Assembly: GCA_012295275.1 (NCBI GenBank) | Contig: CM022671.1 | Coordinates: 2,604,001-2,668,000 of the forward strand | DNA: 64,000 nt | Origin: Chrysomallon squamiferum | Taxonomy: Eukaryota; Animalia; Mollusca | Reading direction: 5' to 3' | Shown: positions 27,056 to 40,491 of the stretch, piece by piece | How the letters are laid out: every line of letters begins with the position of its first letter | Position numbering within the stretch: position 1 is the stretch's first letter | Translations under genes and position numbers: made by a program | Notes under the pieces: model-generated | The model's input: only the letters and a program-made list of their open reading frames with translations | What the model was told of the DNA's origin: nothing | Database searches by the model: none

Positions 27056-28390
27056 TTTGTTAAATATTCATGGAGAACCATCTGTTTTCCATTTTATATG
27101 AAATGGTAGGAAATATTTTACAGTAATTTGAAGATGTGCCAGAATCAGATGAAAGCTCAATAGAATATATAATTATATTTTAAAGGAATCTGTTTTCTGA
27201 ACAAAATAACATAATCACTCTATCATAAACACAGTAACAGTAGTATAAACAAAATTACTGTAACAAAAATGAACTATAAATAAAATTACTATGACCTAAT
27301 GGTTTTACTATGAATATAATAAATGTACTATAAACCTGAATGGCTCTTTCTTTTAAAGTCTTTAAAAAATAGTATTTTAAATTTTAAATTTTACAATAAA
27401 ATAATTTTCAATATTTTAAAAGAAACTTTAATACCGTTTTAAAATAGACATTTCAAAAAAATAATAAATTCGATCTAAACAAATGACCAACATCTAGCTT
27501 TTTGTTTCAGTCATTAAAACAAGTACTTTTTAAAACATTCACTTAGGAGAAGCAGATCTAGAGTCAGTGTTGAAAATGATCTGGACTCTGCCCATAAAAA
27601 CATTTCTGTGTACATGGCTTTGTTTGCATGGTGTTGCAGGTGGGTATGTATGAGTTTAACAAATTGTACAGTAGTTTCTGCTTTTGAATAATGCCATTTA
27701 ACCTGGTAAAGGTCTTGTTGTCAGGATTGCTAACTCCCTAGTTAAAAAATTTCTGGATCACCCATTACTTAGCAGTCAGAATTTAAATTTCACAACTGGT
27801 CTGTTTAACTGAAAAGAACACATTTATCCAAGATCAGAAATTAGTGTATTAAAAAAAGTTAAAAATTTCTGCAATTAGCAATATACATGAATACTGAAAA
27901 CAAATACAAGATACATGACATATCTATTTTGATATACAACATATAAAACAGATTATGTCTTTAAAACATTTACCAAAACCTAATTATTTGGTTTATTTTG
28001 CAGTTAAAACATTTTCTTTTCACTAAAACAATCACACACACTGGGACAATAATTACATTTAATATTTCAAAATGTATCTTACTCCAAGATACATTGTCTT
28101 GAAATCGTTAATAATTTTGCAAAGATAGTGACTGCACGTAATTTCATTGAAAATTCCTTTTAACTACAAAAATATACCATCTTAATATCTGATAAAAATG
28201 TTGACTACATAAATTAAAAGAATTTAATAACCATCCAATGGCACTCTTCCTATCACACATATACATCTCACTACAAATGCTAACATTTTTATTTATCATC
28301 ATTAGAAGAAAAAATCTATAACGTCACACATTTTCAGTGCATTTCAAATAAATCTATCTTCTTGTCGCTGTTATTCTTTGGCACTTCCTG

Positions 28391-31300
28391 CTACTGCAAA
28401 GGTGAGAATGGTGTTGGAATTAAAATCTTTGATTCCATGTGTCGAATGAGAGGTACTGAAAAATAAAACCATATTCAGATTTCTTATCTATTTTTAACAT
28501 TGTTTTTGCATCATCATACATTGTTGTTTTTTGTTGTTTTTAGAGACAAATATTTGTTTTTCTTTATAATGAAATTCAGAATTCAATCTATCCATCTTGC
28601 TTCTGAACTAAATAAGTGAAAAGCAGTATGGGTTTCTCCTCTAGTATACCTGTGTATGCAACACATTCATCCCAGCCTGGTCTCTGCCATGCTGCCTCTC
28701 TAGTTTCCTTCCTTGTCTGGAGGTCCTTATAACCTAGCAATTTTGAAAACAAGAAATATATATATTACCCATCTTTAAAGTATAACAAAATTAAAAACAA
28801 GAAATATACTGAAATTTATAATCTAGCATTATTAAAAATAAACATAACTGAACTTTACAGGATAGCAAAATTGTGAAAATATAACTGATCTTCATATTCT
28901 AAGAATACTTAAAACAATATATATTAAAAGCTTTAGATACTAGCAATATTAATAACATTTATTAATTACACAATATAAATAAACAAAAATTACTTAAGAA
29001 CACATATTTTCAATGCTTATTGATATTTAAACAACAAATATTATAAATTATTACGGGCTTCCAGTTTAAAAAAATTGGTCATCTTTATAATTAGCTGTAT
29101 TATTTAGAAATTATTTAATAATTACTTATTTTATATGTATATATAAACAATAGCTACAAGTTTGTTCTTACTTAAAAATATTTTTTGTTACAGTTATCAA
29201 TTTGTATTAGAATATAATGCTGTATAGTGTATTTATAATACTGTACACTGCATTTTAAAATATAGTGTTGTACAGGGGTGTTATTTTTATTATATACTTT
29301 AATTAGTATGAAATATAATACTTATGTGGTGTGCAGTATAAACCAAATAAGATTAAGAATTGGCTATCCCTAAAATATGAAAAGTGATGCAAGGGAATTG
29401 TTGGATTACTGTCAGAGAGTGCTGTTTTCAGACTCAGAAGAAGTTCTTTTGTCTTACTTTAATCCTTAACAATTAAGTTATATATTAGTCATGTCTTGAT
29501 ACGTCAAGTTTTTTAATGAATTCCAGTTTAACTGAATCCTAAAGACGAGAAATTTCAGAAAGGATCACAGAGATGAGTTAAAAGAAAATAATTTGAGGAA
29601 TTTTATATGTAGTAGCTTCTGAAAAGGTACTTATTATTTATGGTATTATTACACTATTAAGTGTGTTTTGTATACAAAAATGTGAAAGGCATATTCATTT
29701 GTGGAAATGAATGGTTGTGATAGATATAGAATAGATATATTTTTAATACATATATATATATAATAATCCCACTGCTGAGTTGACCATTTCAGGTTGTTTT
29801 TGTTGTTTTAAGTTTTATTTTTATTTTATTTTTTTTCATTTTTTTAGTGACACCAACAGCAACACTAATAAATTTATGGTACTTTTACTCTGTGAGAAAT
29901 GTTTAACCAGAGCAATTTTCACAGCAGAAAAAATAACATTGCATTTATCTTATACTTATCTTATGATCAAGTTAATATTTTAAAATTATTAACTCTTTGT
30001 ATTACTTTCATTGTTTCAATTTTTTGTTACTGAAAAGTATTCGAATTATTTATGGAAAAATGTTTACAATGAAGACTATTGCAAACTAATCTGCAAGCAG
30101 TGATTCTAGATTAGCATAGCTGTGAGAAAAAAAAAACATATTGTCATTCTATTAAACAAACAAACACTGACTGCATGCACTGAACATTAACTATGAGAGC
30201 AGGATGATTAAAACAGCAGTATAAAACCAAATCAAAATTAACTGTATCATGCTAAGGCAAGTTGTTAGTATTAACACAAGATTAGTAATTGTTATTTTAA
30301 ATAAAAACTTAAAGCTACTTGCATTTATTATATACACAGTTTTATCTATTAAATTTGTTGCTGTCTTTCAAAACTAATAATTCTGCATATATATTAATTT
30401 CAAGAGGCTATTTGCAACTGCTTGTATCAGTTTTCAGTATATTTTAATATTAGAGTTTGATCTATTGTCATCGATAGTGTTAATCGCTTTCTCATCACAA
30501 TGTAGGTAAATTTTCAGTTTTGTTCACATGATACTGAAAACTGGCCTAAGAATAATTTAGTTCTGTTTTATCACTGAAAACATTCAAGTAAAAACTTCAG
30601 ATTATTGAAAAAGACAGGATTTAAATTTAAAACAAAATACCTTTTATGACTAGGTTACGAAGTTTAAAAACTACTTCATTTTTATTACTTTATACGAACA
30701 TTCCTCAAATGATAAAATATTAGACAATCTACTTATTAATTCAATTTAAAAAATAAGTGCATTTCTTTTCCACAATGAATTGTTATTATATAATTAATAT
30801 ATATCTAACCATTCAAGACTGGTTCACCATGCTTTAAAAAAATTGATTAATTTATCTCACATTAACTGTCTTATTTCAAAAGATACGGACAAGGCTCATA
30901 CATCTGAGGTATTCAGTTACGGCATACGGATTATTTAAAGTTGCATCATACCTACCCCAGAGATGGTGGACACAATTCAGGTAACCCAAATGTGAAAAGA
31001 AACCACCAATAGGACAGAACATCTGACGTCGATGGTGAATTCCTCTTGACCTTAGAGAAAGTTCCATGCAAGTCAGACAGAGTGACTAGACTTTACAAAA
31101 ACTACCTTCACCAAAACATTTATCATCACAACACTTACAGTGAAATAATTAATAATAAGTAAAACAGATTAATGAATAAAACACAATAAAAGAGAATCAT
31201 GCATTGAATAAATAAAATGGAGTCGATTTTAAATGAAAATGTTAGTTAATTTCCTATCAGGCAAACATGTTGATTTTTCATATTACACTGGCAGACTGTA

Positions 31301-34300
31301 CTTACATGTCAGTTAGCGTTGGTTGACTTTTCACATCGGACAGGATGAACAACTTTATTTCATGTGTATTACTAAATTTTACTTGATAAGCATGTTTGTA
31401 TGTTTTACATAACGATCTTGTTACATAAATGTTTAATGAATATTTTAATATTAATGCTATTGTATAACAATGGTATGAAAATTAATCCTACTGTTTTTAT
31501 TCTTATCAGTTAGCAGTTAGTAATCTTTTATAGTAGTAGGAAAGAACATACAATGGCATCTGATAACCAAGGGGCCTTTGCTGGAACAGGAAAAGCTAAA
31601 AGGGGGCTAACTGTTATTTAATAAATTTTATAATGTCTTGTTAAATTACTAATATTACTTAACTTTTAGCTAATTATATATTTAGAAATGAACAGAGAAA
31701 AGTTAGTTACCCTTACTACAAAGATAAGTTAAAAATAAATATTTAGTCTGTACATGCAATGCAATATTTTTAAAGCAAAACATGCAATAAACACTTCAAT
31801 AATTAGTTTCAGTATCTGAAAAAATTATACCAAGGCTAATTAATAGCTTTTATTTATTTACAAGTTTGATTTATATTCTAAAATTTAAGAAGTGATCAGA
31901 AATGTTTAACACTTGTTCATTCATTAATCATTTTTTTTCATTTGTCTTTGTAATTTAATTTCACTGAATATATTTACTTTTTTAAAGTGAAATCAAACTT
32001 GTAAATATGAATGGAGAATTTTACATGCTAACAGCAGAAACACCAGTGCAACATCGACAGTTTTCAAAACCCCAGGTAAATAAATTTATGTTTCTCAAAA
32101 CATAAGGAAAACTTGTCAAAAATGTGGAAGAAATAATTTTTGTAAATATAATGAGGTAATAAATTTGCTCTGCCTCTCAAAAGAACAGCTTAAATGTATA
32201 TTACCTTATTTCTAAATATGAAGTGTTGTTTAGTATATATTTCAAAACACCAGCAAAAAAATAATGATAAAAAATATTAGAAAGAATTTTTGACAAATGT
32301 TAGAATATTCTTATTTCATGGTGGGTTATTTCAGTTATAATTTTTATTATTATTATAATTTTTTTCTTGTTTTGACAAGTGATATTTGACAGATAAATTT
32401 ATTTCCTTTTTTTTTTTTTTCACTCATATCTGAAGCAAAGGTGCTATACTGTTGGAGGAAAAAATATCTGAAACAAAATAATATAGCACAGAAAAAACAC
32501 AACACACAAAACTTCAAGTGACCTCTGACCTGTGACTTTTGCTGACCAAGCCCCATGGTGGCAACTTACCCCATATGTGTTGTGCTACATTAACTTCTCC
32601 CATCTGGGAGAAGAACCCAGCCACAGGCTCATTGTTTGTTTGACGATGCTGAATGCCTCGAGCCCTGAATTAATGAGTTCACATTAATTAACAATATCTT
32701 TACTTAGAACAATGTTTAATAAAATAAAATGAACTCCAAAATTATCTAAATTGAAATATGAATTTTGTAAAAAAAAAAAAATTCTTTTTTGTATAATTTG
32801 AAAAGATTCTTGGTCTTAAAACAACAATAACATTATTTCTGTGGATTTGTTGGGTTTTTTAAATTAGTATTTCTTAACACATTTTCTCTTCATTAAAACG
32901 TAAAAATATAAATACATTCACATATCAAATCTGTGAATAATAATAATTAAAAGCTAAAAATTCTGAATCTAACAATGAGAATATCTTTAGGTCTGAAATC
33001 TAAAATAAATCACTGTAATAAATTAATTATAACTACTAAAATAAGAAAAAATATATAAATAAATGAAATATTTCAAAGAAATAAACATCAAAAAAAGAAA
33101 TAAAGAAAAGAAAGAAAAAAAGCTCCTAAAACATTAAGACAACATAGAACATATTTGTGAAAAGCATGCTGATCATTTATTACAGTATCTAGAAATACTT
33201 AAATATTTTGTCTTATTTTAAAACTTATTATAGATATTTTTTTCTAAATTAGGTATAAATAGTTATGTGCAGAGTACATAGTATATTACCATTAATTAGA
33301 AAAAAATTGTTGATGTGACTGACTGATCTGTGAATTTGTGCTTTGATAAAGTTCAGAAAATGAGTCCTGTTCTGATGCATTTAAAATTATTTTCAAATAT
33401 ATAAATATTTCTAAAATATTCTTTTCACTTCTTCCATTCATATCAAAATCAATGCTTTCTGAATATTTATTTAATTTTTTTAATGTATGTTTTAACGTAG
33501 ACATGCAGAGACACAGACAGATAAGTAGATACTAACTTAAGGTTTTGGTAATTATGGTAATTATAAGCTAAATATAATCAAACTGCACATGTACATAAGC
33601 TAAAATACAAATCTGTTTACTAAATTTCACTATGAACTTTAATTTCTAGCTAGTGATAAGTTGACTGTTAGAATCTTGTAATCTCAAAATGTCAAAAACA
33701 AGCACTAGAATGACCAAGAGGAAGTAAATGATGAAAGCATATGGCCAGTACACATTCTGGAAATTACTTTCTGCTACAAAAACCTTTGCAGTCTTTAGCA
33801 ATGAAATACACATTGTATGTTAGATCATGCATTAATGTAAATAAAAAGCATACTTAAAAAACATAATATAATAAAGAATGGAGATATTTAGCATTACAAA
33901 TAGTTAGACTGGATGGTATATATACTAAAACAAACTATACATAATGTGGCTCATTCGTGCACTTTAGCCACTTGGTTACTGCCCAAATCTCCACATTCAC
34001 AGCTGAGTTACATTTTGTTTGACAGCATATCACAAAAAGCAATCTGAAGAAATTCAGTATTATCAAATTAAAAGATTCAAAATAATCATGTTTCCTTTTT
34101 CATGTCATTGTGCAAATGAATTTTTTTTTTTTAAAGTAACAATAAATACAGCAGAACAACAACTAATGAGCTTGTGCTGTATTAAATGAATCCAATCACA
34201 ACATGGGGTTAGTTGCCACAATCTATGCCAAAACACAACTACAAAATATTAAATATTTTTCCTGTCAAACATAATTAAAATAATTATTTAAAATATGTTT

Positions 34301-37300
34301 GGAATGTAGAAACTGTTTTTACTTGTTTACTGTTAGAACAGTCTGAAAGATTTAATCAAAATAATTATGTACATTTAAAACAAATCAGTTTTCCAAAATA
34401 TATTATTCAAGATACCATTTGTATATACACATTTAGTTTTATTTTAACACTGAAAGTTTTAAACAGTTATTGTTAACTGTTTTTTATTTACTTAATCAAG
34501 ACATGAACCATGTTAAATGTATTTTAAAAAATGGTTACAGAACAAAATGGTTAATGTTAAAAATACATGCTCTATACAATGCAGCATAAAGAGTATCTAT
34601 GGTGATAAGATTTCATTTTATTCTTAATTAAAGTTATTATTATTATTATTTCTGTATAGCTGAACTTAACCTTTACTAATAGTAATAATAAAGAAAGCAA
34701 ATAAAATAACATTTAGCAAATGATCAATGGTTGCCATCACCCATATTACTGAACTGTTACAATTATTCTCATACTTTAATATCATCATGACTGACCGTTA
34801 ATTTTAAATTAAATTATAATTTGGAATTATACAAAATTAAATTTTCTTCTCATCACTATGGTTAAACTTTAAATAAATAATTACAAAAGTTTCTTACCAG
34901 CAACAATTAAAAGAAAGGTTAAACAAAACATACAACTCTATAACAAACAAAACTATGTCATACTAATACAAAACAGAACATTAAATGTAATTCTATAATT
35001 CTCACAACAACAATTGTTAAAAAAAAAACACACAAAAAAACTGCAACTTGAAAACATACTAACAAGTTTGAACTCCAAACATTCTTACCAGTTATTACCC
35101 CATTCAATCATAGTTCCTGGCTGAAAGCAAATGGCAAATAAGTATCTGCTAACATATTAAATACATTACTCTCTATCTACTTAATAATAAATTTTGTTAA
35201 TTAGATACATTTAATCACTGATATTTCATATTGTTGACTAGAAAAATATGACTAACTGCTAATGCAAACAATATGTATAATTTAAAAAAATATTTATTAT
35301 AATTAATTTTAAATATTAACAATACTTATGAATGTATATTACTATTTTAATTTCAGAAAGAAATAATATCTAAAACTTTATCTGATAAATCATTTATTAA
35401 ATAAAATTTGAAACTCAAAATTATATTCAACAGACATTTAAAGTATTTACCTAACAAAACAGGAGAAACATTAAAATATATAATAATATATATAAATTAA
35501 TATTATTAAATATATTGAAATCATTTTACAATCAATATATATCCTATAATGTTACTTTTTTTTTTACATTCACTACCTTCAAAACACTAGTTAAGGGTAA
35601 TTTTAAATTTACATTAGATCATACCAGCTTGTCTTATATAACTGAAGAGTAATGTCAAATTAGGATCAAAATAATAAACACATAGATGTTCTAAAAGTGT
35701 GATAAAGTTAAACTAATGTGTCTTGTATAATGGGAAAGACCAGTAAACAAATTAATGCTACCTTCAGCACATAGGTTCTCAGTTCATAGATGTTGGTAGG
35801 TGGACGAGGTTGTGGTTCTGGCCAGAAGCTGAATGGTAACAAAATCTGATTTCTTCTTGACCTCAGCATCTTGTTTCTGTTTTTTCTGAATTCTATGAAG
35901 TCCTGTTGATAAATATTTCCTCATAATTATACAGTTTTCCTTAGATTTATACTAAGAAACATATATAACAAATAATTTTCATTATTCTCTCTACTATAGT
36001 TTACTTTGTCAAAATTACATTGATCACACTCACAAATACCACAGTTAATTCTAAACCTATATCAGATACACTATTCAAGTGAGAAATATTATTCTAACAT
36101 GATTTCAAATTCATACTGGATTCAATAAACTGGTGAATTATTTACCTTATCTGTTCTGTAAATTTCTGTAGCTCTGTTTAAGTTTGGATAGCCTCCTTTG
36201 AACTGCCAAATATGAACTGTAAGAAAAAGATTTTCAACTAAGAATCCATCTTTTTTAATGTAGATGCTTATGTGGATTATTTTAATGCAAAAAATAAATG
36301 TTATGGATGAATCTGTAAAACCTGATTAAAAATGAATGAATGAATAAATATTTGTGTTACCAAACTTGATTGATAATAAATAATATTAACAATCAATACA
36401 CCTACTAGCTTCATCCTGCTCTCCGATGTCCACTGTAAAACTGCCAATCAGATTTGCTCCGGTGCCTTTTGATTTTATCAGTTCACAAAACTGTTCACTG
36501 AAAATAAATACAATCCTTCAGTACTTTTATTACATGGTTATTTACAAAAATTACATTTTGGCACCGTCTACATTTAGCATTGTGTGGTAATTTATTATCA
36601 TTAAACTGCCTTTGTGACATCATCACTGCATCGGTAAAAAATATTTGTATTTTCATTGTGGAATGAATTCAACAAATGTAAATTCTGGACAACAATTATA
36701 AACATAAAAGAATACATATTCTAAAACATCAACAACAACTTGTTTGTAACAGTGTATACAATCTGCTAAAAAAACAAAACAGAACATGAACCAGGATACT
36801 CTGGTTACATGAGCAAACGTGGAAACTACCACCAACTAATGAGAACAGGGGCATTTTATTACAAAACACTGACTCTTGCATTACATATTACACATTGGCT
36901 ATAACAGACTATGAAAACATTTTAAACTTACAATTGGTTCAGATACTCTTCCATATATTCTGGTTTGACAGCATGAACTGAAATAAATTTTAATATTTTA
37001 GCAATTCACTGGATTTCATTATTTGTGGTTTATATTTAAGAATAAAAAATGAGAAAAAGTAATTAAAATGTAACAAGGAATAAGCAAATATATTTAGACT
37101 ACTGAGACTATTTCTTAGTATACCAAAGGTACAACTTAAGTACAGAAATTATGACATGTAAGAAGAAATAAAGAAAAATAGCACATGCTATTTAATGAAT
37201 ATTATTACAGAAATGCTGTTTAATTTCTTTTACAAAAGCCATACTACCTCAGATCCATTTTACAAACTGTAATTAAAAGTAAATATTTACAAGATTTCAC

Positions 37301-38569
37301 TTACACTGCATTTCATAAACAACTTCTTTATCTGACAACTGACTGGAGTGAGATTCTGATGAGGTAGGTATTGTACGAACACGGAGCAAATTTTTAAACC
37401 ACCCTTTCTTTTCTACCACTTCTACATCATCTTGTGTGACCTCTTTTTCCTTCTGTGCAACCACTAAGCTTGTGGAAAAACATCTGAAACATCAAATACG
37501 AATAACAAACTAATTTTTAACATTTACACTGGATAACAAACCATTTGCTAATTTGTTAATTTTGAAAAATATGCTTTTTATTAAGGTTTACATTATCATT
37601 ATTATTTGCTCTCCTGAATTCATCTTAAAATGTGAATAATTATCAATATTCTTCTTAAACCATGAAATGCTCAATCAAAATATGGTATTTTTTTTATAAC
37701 TTTTTGTAAATGTGATATTATTATAATTTTTATTATTCAAATTTGTTATATTCTTGCAAAATAGGGCCACAAGACCAGTTTTTTGTTGTTGTTGTTTCAC
37801 TGTTTGTGGGGGAGGTTGATTTTTTTTTAAAATTTTGACAAGAGGACATTTGACATTAACTATAAATTTGTTAGTTGTGTGTATATTAACAACTGATTTA
37901 AGGATAAGAAAAAATATATATATAAAGTTTGAAACAAAAATTATAACCATCTTAAAAGATAAATCTTTAACATTATGTACAATCTGATTATAATAATCAC
38001 CTCTTAAGTTATACATCATGTCTGTTTAGCAGTGACAATATAACTATATAGAATGTTGTTGTTTTTTAAATGTTATTTATACTCCTTTTTATTTCATCTG
38101 TGTTATTTGTTTTTGCTGTGCTGTTTTGTGGGTTTCTTTGTTTGTTTTTAATGTTGTTGGAAAAATGTACTATTAATTATTCATATTTTAGTTTTGATGT
38201 TTGATAAAGGGGTGACATTTCTCACAAATATGCCTCTTTGTGTATATCTGTTCTTCACCAAAATTATAACAGAATATCACTTTCGCCTTATTATTATAAT
38301 CTTGTACAATTTAGATTTCAGAACAAAACTGTTTATAATACTTATTAATAGTATTCACTATTTGTACAAATGATTAAAAAAAATGGTTGGTATTTTAGAC
38401 CAAATACATGTTGCTCGTTTAATCCCAATGCCGTTGCTCAAAATACATTATTAAGACAATTTAATCGGTTCGCAGAAGAAAATAACCTTGAATTCTTTGC
38501 AAAATGCCATCGAGCCAAGGTTGTCATTCGGGTTATTTTCCCCCAGTGCCTACTACAAACACCAGCCAT
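28391..38569 (-). CDS. NIPSNAP: NipSnap homolog (NIPSNAP1/2 type), 295 aa per isoform, with an Arg-rich N-terminus resembling a mitochondrial presequence
   Basis: Exons 38487-38569, 37305-37483, 36932-36977, 36406-36497, 36146-36216, 35762-35902, 35089-35120, [32570-32664 or 30956-31050], 28650-28733, 28391-28455 total 888 nt. Family motifs [49 protein letters not shown] and [21 protein letters not shown]. Confidence 0.96.
28727..28955. repeat. Decaying ~40-bp tandem copies of the NIPSNAP exon 9 acceptor junction
   Basis: The first unit TTATAACCTAGCAATTTTGAAAACAAGAAATATA spans the junction. Echoes include TATAACAAAATTAAAAACAAGAAATATA, TTATAATCTAGCATTATTAAAAATAAACATA and TTAGATACTAGCAATATTAATAAC. 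Confidence 0.6.
30956..31050 (-). CDS. NIPSNAP: NIPSNAP alternative exon 8b (95 nt)
   Basis: ctctaag|G...TGG G|gtaggt. Encodes (W)[31 protein letters not shown](G). Confidence 0.9.
32570..32664 (-). CDS. NIPSNAP: NIPSNAP alternative exon 8a (95 nt)
   Basis: aattcag|G...TGG G|gtaagt. Encodes (W)[31 protein letters not shown](G). Confidence 0.92.
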
Positions 38570-40113
38570 TTTTATTTTCAGTCGTGAACTTTTTTTTTTT
38601 ATGTTTGTTTTCTTCCTCTGCTTTTCGGCTCTTTTCGTAAAAGACGTCACAACTGAGAAAACGACCAAATCGGACCAACAACAAAATACACACACGTTTA
38701 CTTTACTCAAAAATGATTGTATTGTATTCATACTTTGCATCAAGAAAATTATTTCACAGAAATGTAATAAGTTGTTAGATGTATGTATTCAATATTAGTA
38801 TTCATTTTTCTCTTTTGGGATCTGCTTTCATTAATAATAAAATATATAACTATTATACATTAAATCCTGACAGATTAGTTTGACAGCTGCCTGAAACTGA
38901 ATTTATACCAGCAAAAACCCTTAATCCTGAAAATGCTGTAAGTCAGTCTTAGTGTGAGGGATTGAACAAAATATACGAAAAAAAACAATAAGGCGTCTGA
39001 GGTTTATTTTTCTTTGTTTAGACTTAAGACACTTGGGACATGAATATGTGGATGCATCTTAAGGAACCCATGACAGTAATGGTCCGCCAATACTGGTAAG
39101 GTTTGTGTGTGGTGTTATCAATGTGACTAAGGTAACAGATAGTTCAAGAGAGAACAGAGAATATGGGACAAGAAATAAAGACGTTTTGGGCAGTTATCTG
39201 CATTATTATTATACACTGTTTTTATTATGCTATCATTGTGAATCAAAGAATGTAATCGAACTTGTGCATTTTTTGTGTGCTGGTGCTTTATGCACCAGGC
39301 CACATATACATCTGTTTTATTTTAAATCTTAAATATCAAATCAAATTCTTAACTTTAGAGATCCTACTCATGACAGAAATGAATGAATTAATGAATGAGT
39401 CACATTTATGGAAATAACTGTTTGACTACATTTTTGGTTCAGTACTGTCTTTTTTTTCTTCTTCTTCTTTTTTTTTTTTTGCATTTGAGATCTCCTATAG
39501 GATATTTTGTTTTTCATTGGTCCTAAATTAATGTAATCGTGTTTGATACGTTACTGTAAAGGTTATTGGTATATGCATGTATTTTGTCTGTTTGCATGTG
39601 TGTGTGTGTCTGTGTGTGCATACGTACGTATGTATGTGTACATGTATGTTTTCATATATAATGTACATTGATAAATAATTTTACTTCATAATGTGAATGG
39701 GTAAAACGCCAACATTCGGAAGATAACAGATTATATTATTATGAACGATAAAAAGCCACACAAAACCGAAAAAGTTTTGAATAAAATCAAAAAAGTATCT
39801 AATAGTTGCACACACTAATATAGTCATTTTTGTTTTATGTGCATATGTCACGAATATCTGATGTGATAAAAATATAAATATGAAATAATAATAGAATCCG
39901 TGTTTCTATAGTTCAGTCAGTCATAATTAATTCTCTGGTTAGACAGAAAATAGTTACGAAAACCAACGATATTTTATAATAAAATCAAAACTGTTTTGAA
40001 ATTTAGATATGCATGTTGAAAGTTAGAAGTGCTAGAATGTTTCTTTATTCAAAAGCCAGAAATGTATATTAGTATAAAAATAACATTTTAATTTTATTAG
40101 AATATTTAACTTG

Positions 40114-40146
40114 GCCGCCTCCTAGCAACAAGTATATTGTTTGTCA
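40114..40146 (+). promoter_or_regulatory. RFX X-box half-site and forkhead-like motif upstream of a ciliary gene
   Basis: CCTAGCAAC at 40121-40129 and TGTTTGT at 40138-40144, about 100-125 nt before the CCDC42 ATG. Motif match only. Confidence 0.45.
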
Positions 40147-40245
40147 ATGGCTGCTTTATTCTAAAATCATTACGGTTAAAGATAGTTTGCATTATTATAT
40201 CTGTTTAAGTATTGTTCACAGTTTCGGAATAATAATTACTTCAAG

Positions 40246-40427
40246 ATGACGGTTAGCCTGGAAGAATATTTCCGTACCACTTTCGAGGACAAGCTCCTTG
40301 TGTAAGTTAACAACATTAATGACTTTAAACATTATAATGTGAAATGCTCTGTTATCGACAGTATTACATTTTGTGAAGTCATTATTATTATTATTATTAC
40401 TACTACTACTACAACTACTACTACTAC

Positions 40428-40491
<64 letters not shown>

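Noticed and set aside
27550-27767. Possible old MITE (GCAGATCTAG...CTGGATCACC)
   Set aside because: The terminal complementarity is too degenerate and there is no clear target-site duplication.
28334-28393. Possible stop-codon readthrough of NIPSNAP (TAG CAG GAA, 18-codon extension)
   Set aside because: The context only partly matches UAG-CAR-YYA, the extension has no targeting motif, and the stop falls at the conserved family C-terminus (SPLQ*).
38370-38798. 142-aa ORF antisense to NIPSNAP exon 1
   Set aside because: No recognisable domain and low-complexity Phe-rich stretches. It is consistent with a chance ORF over a promoter and first exon.
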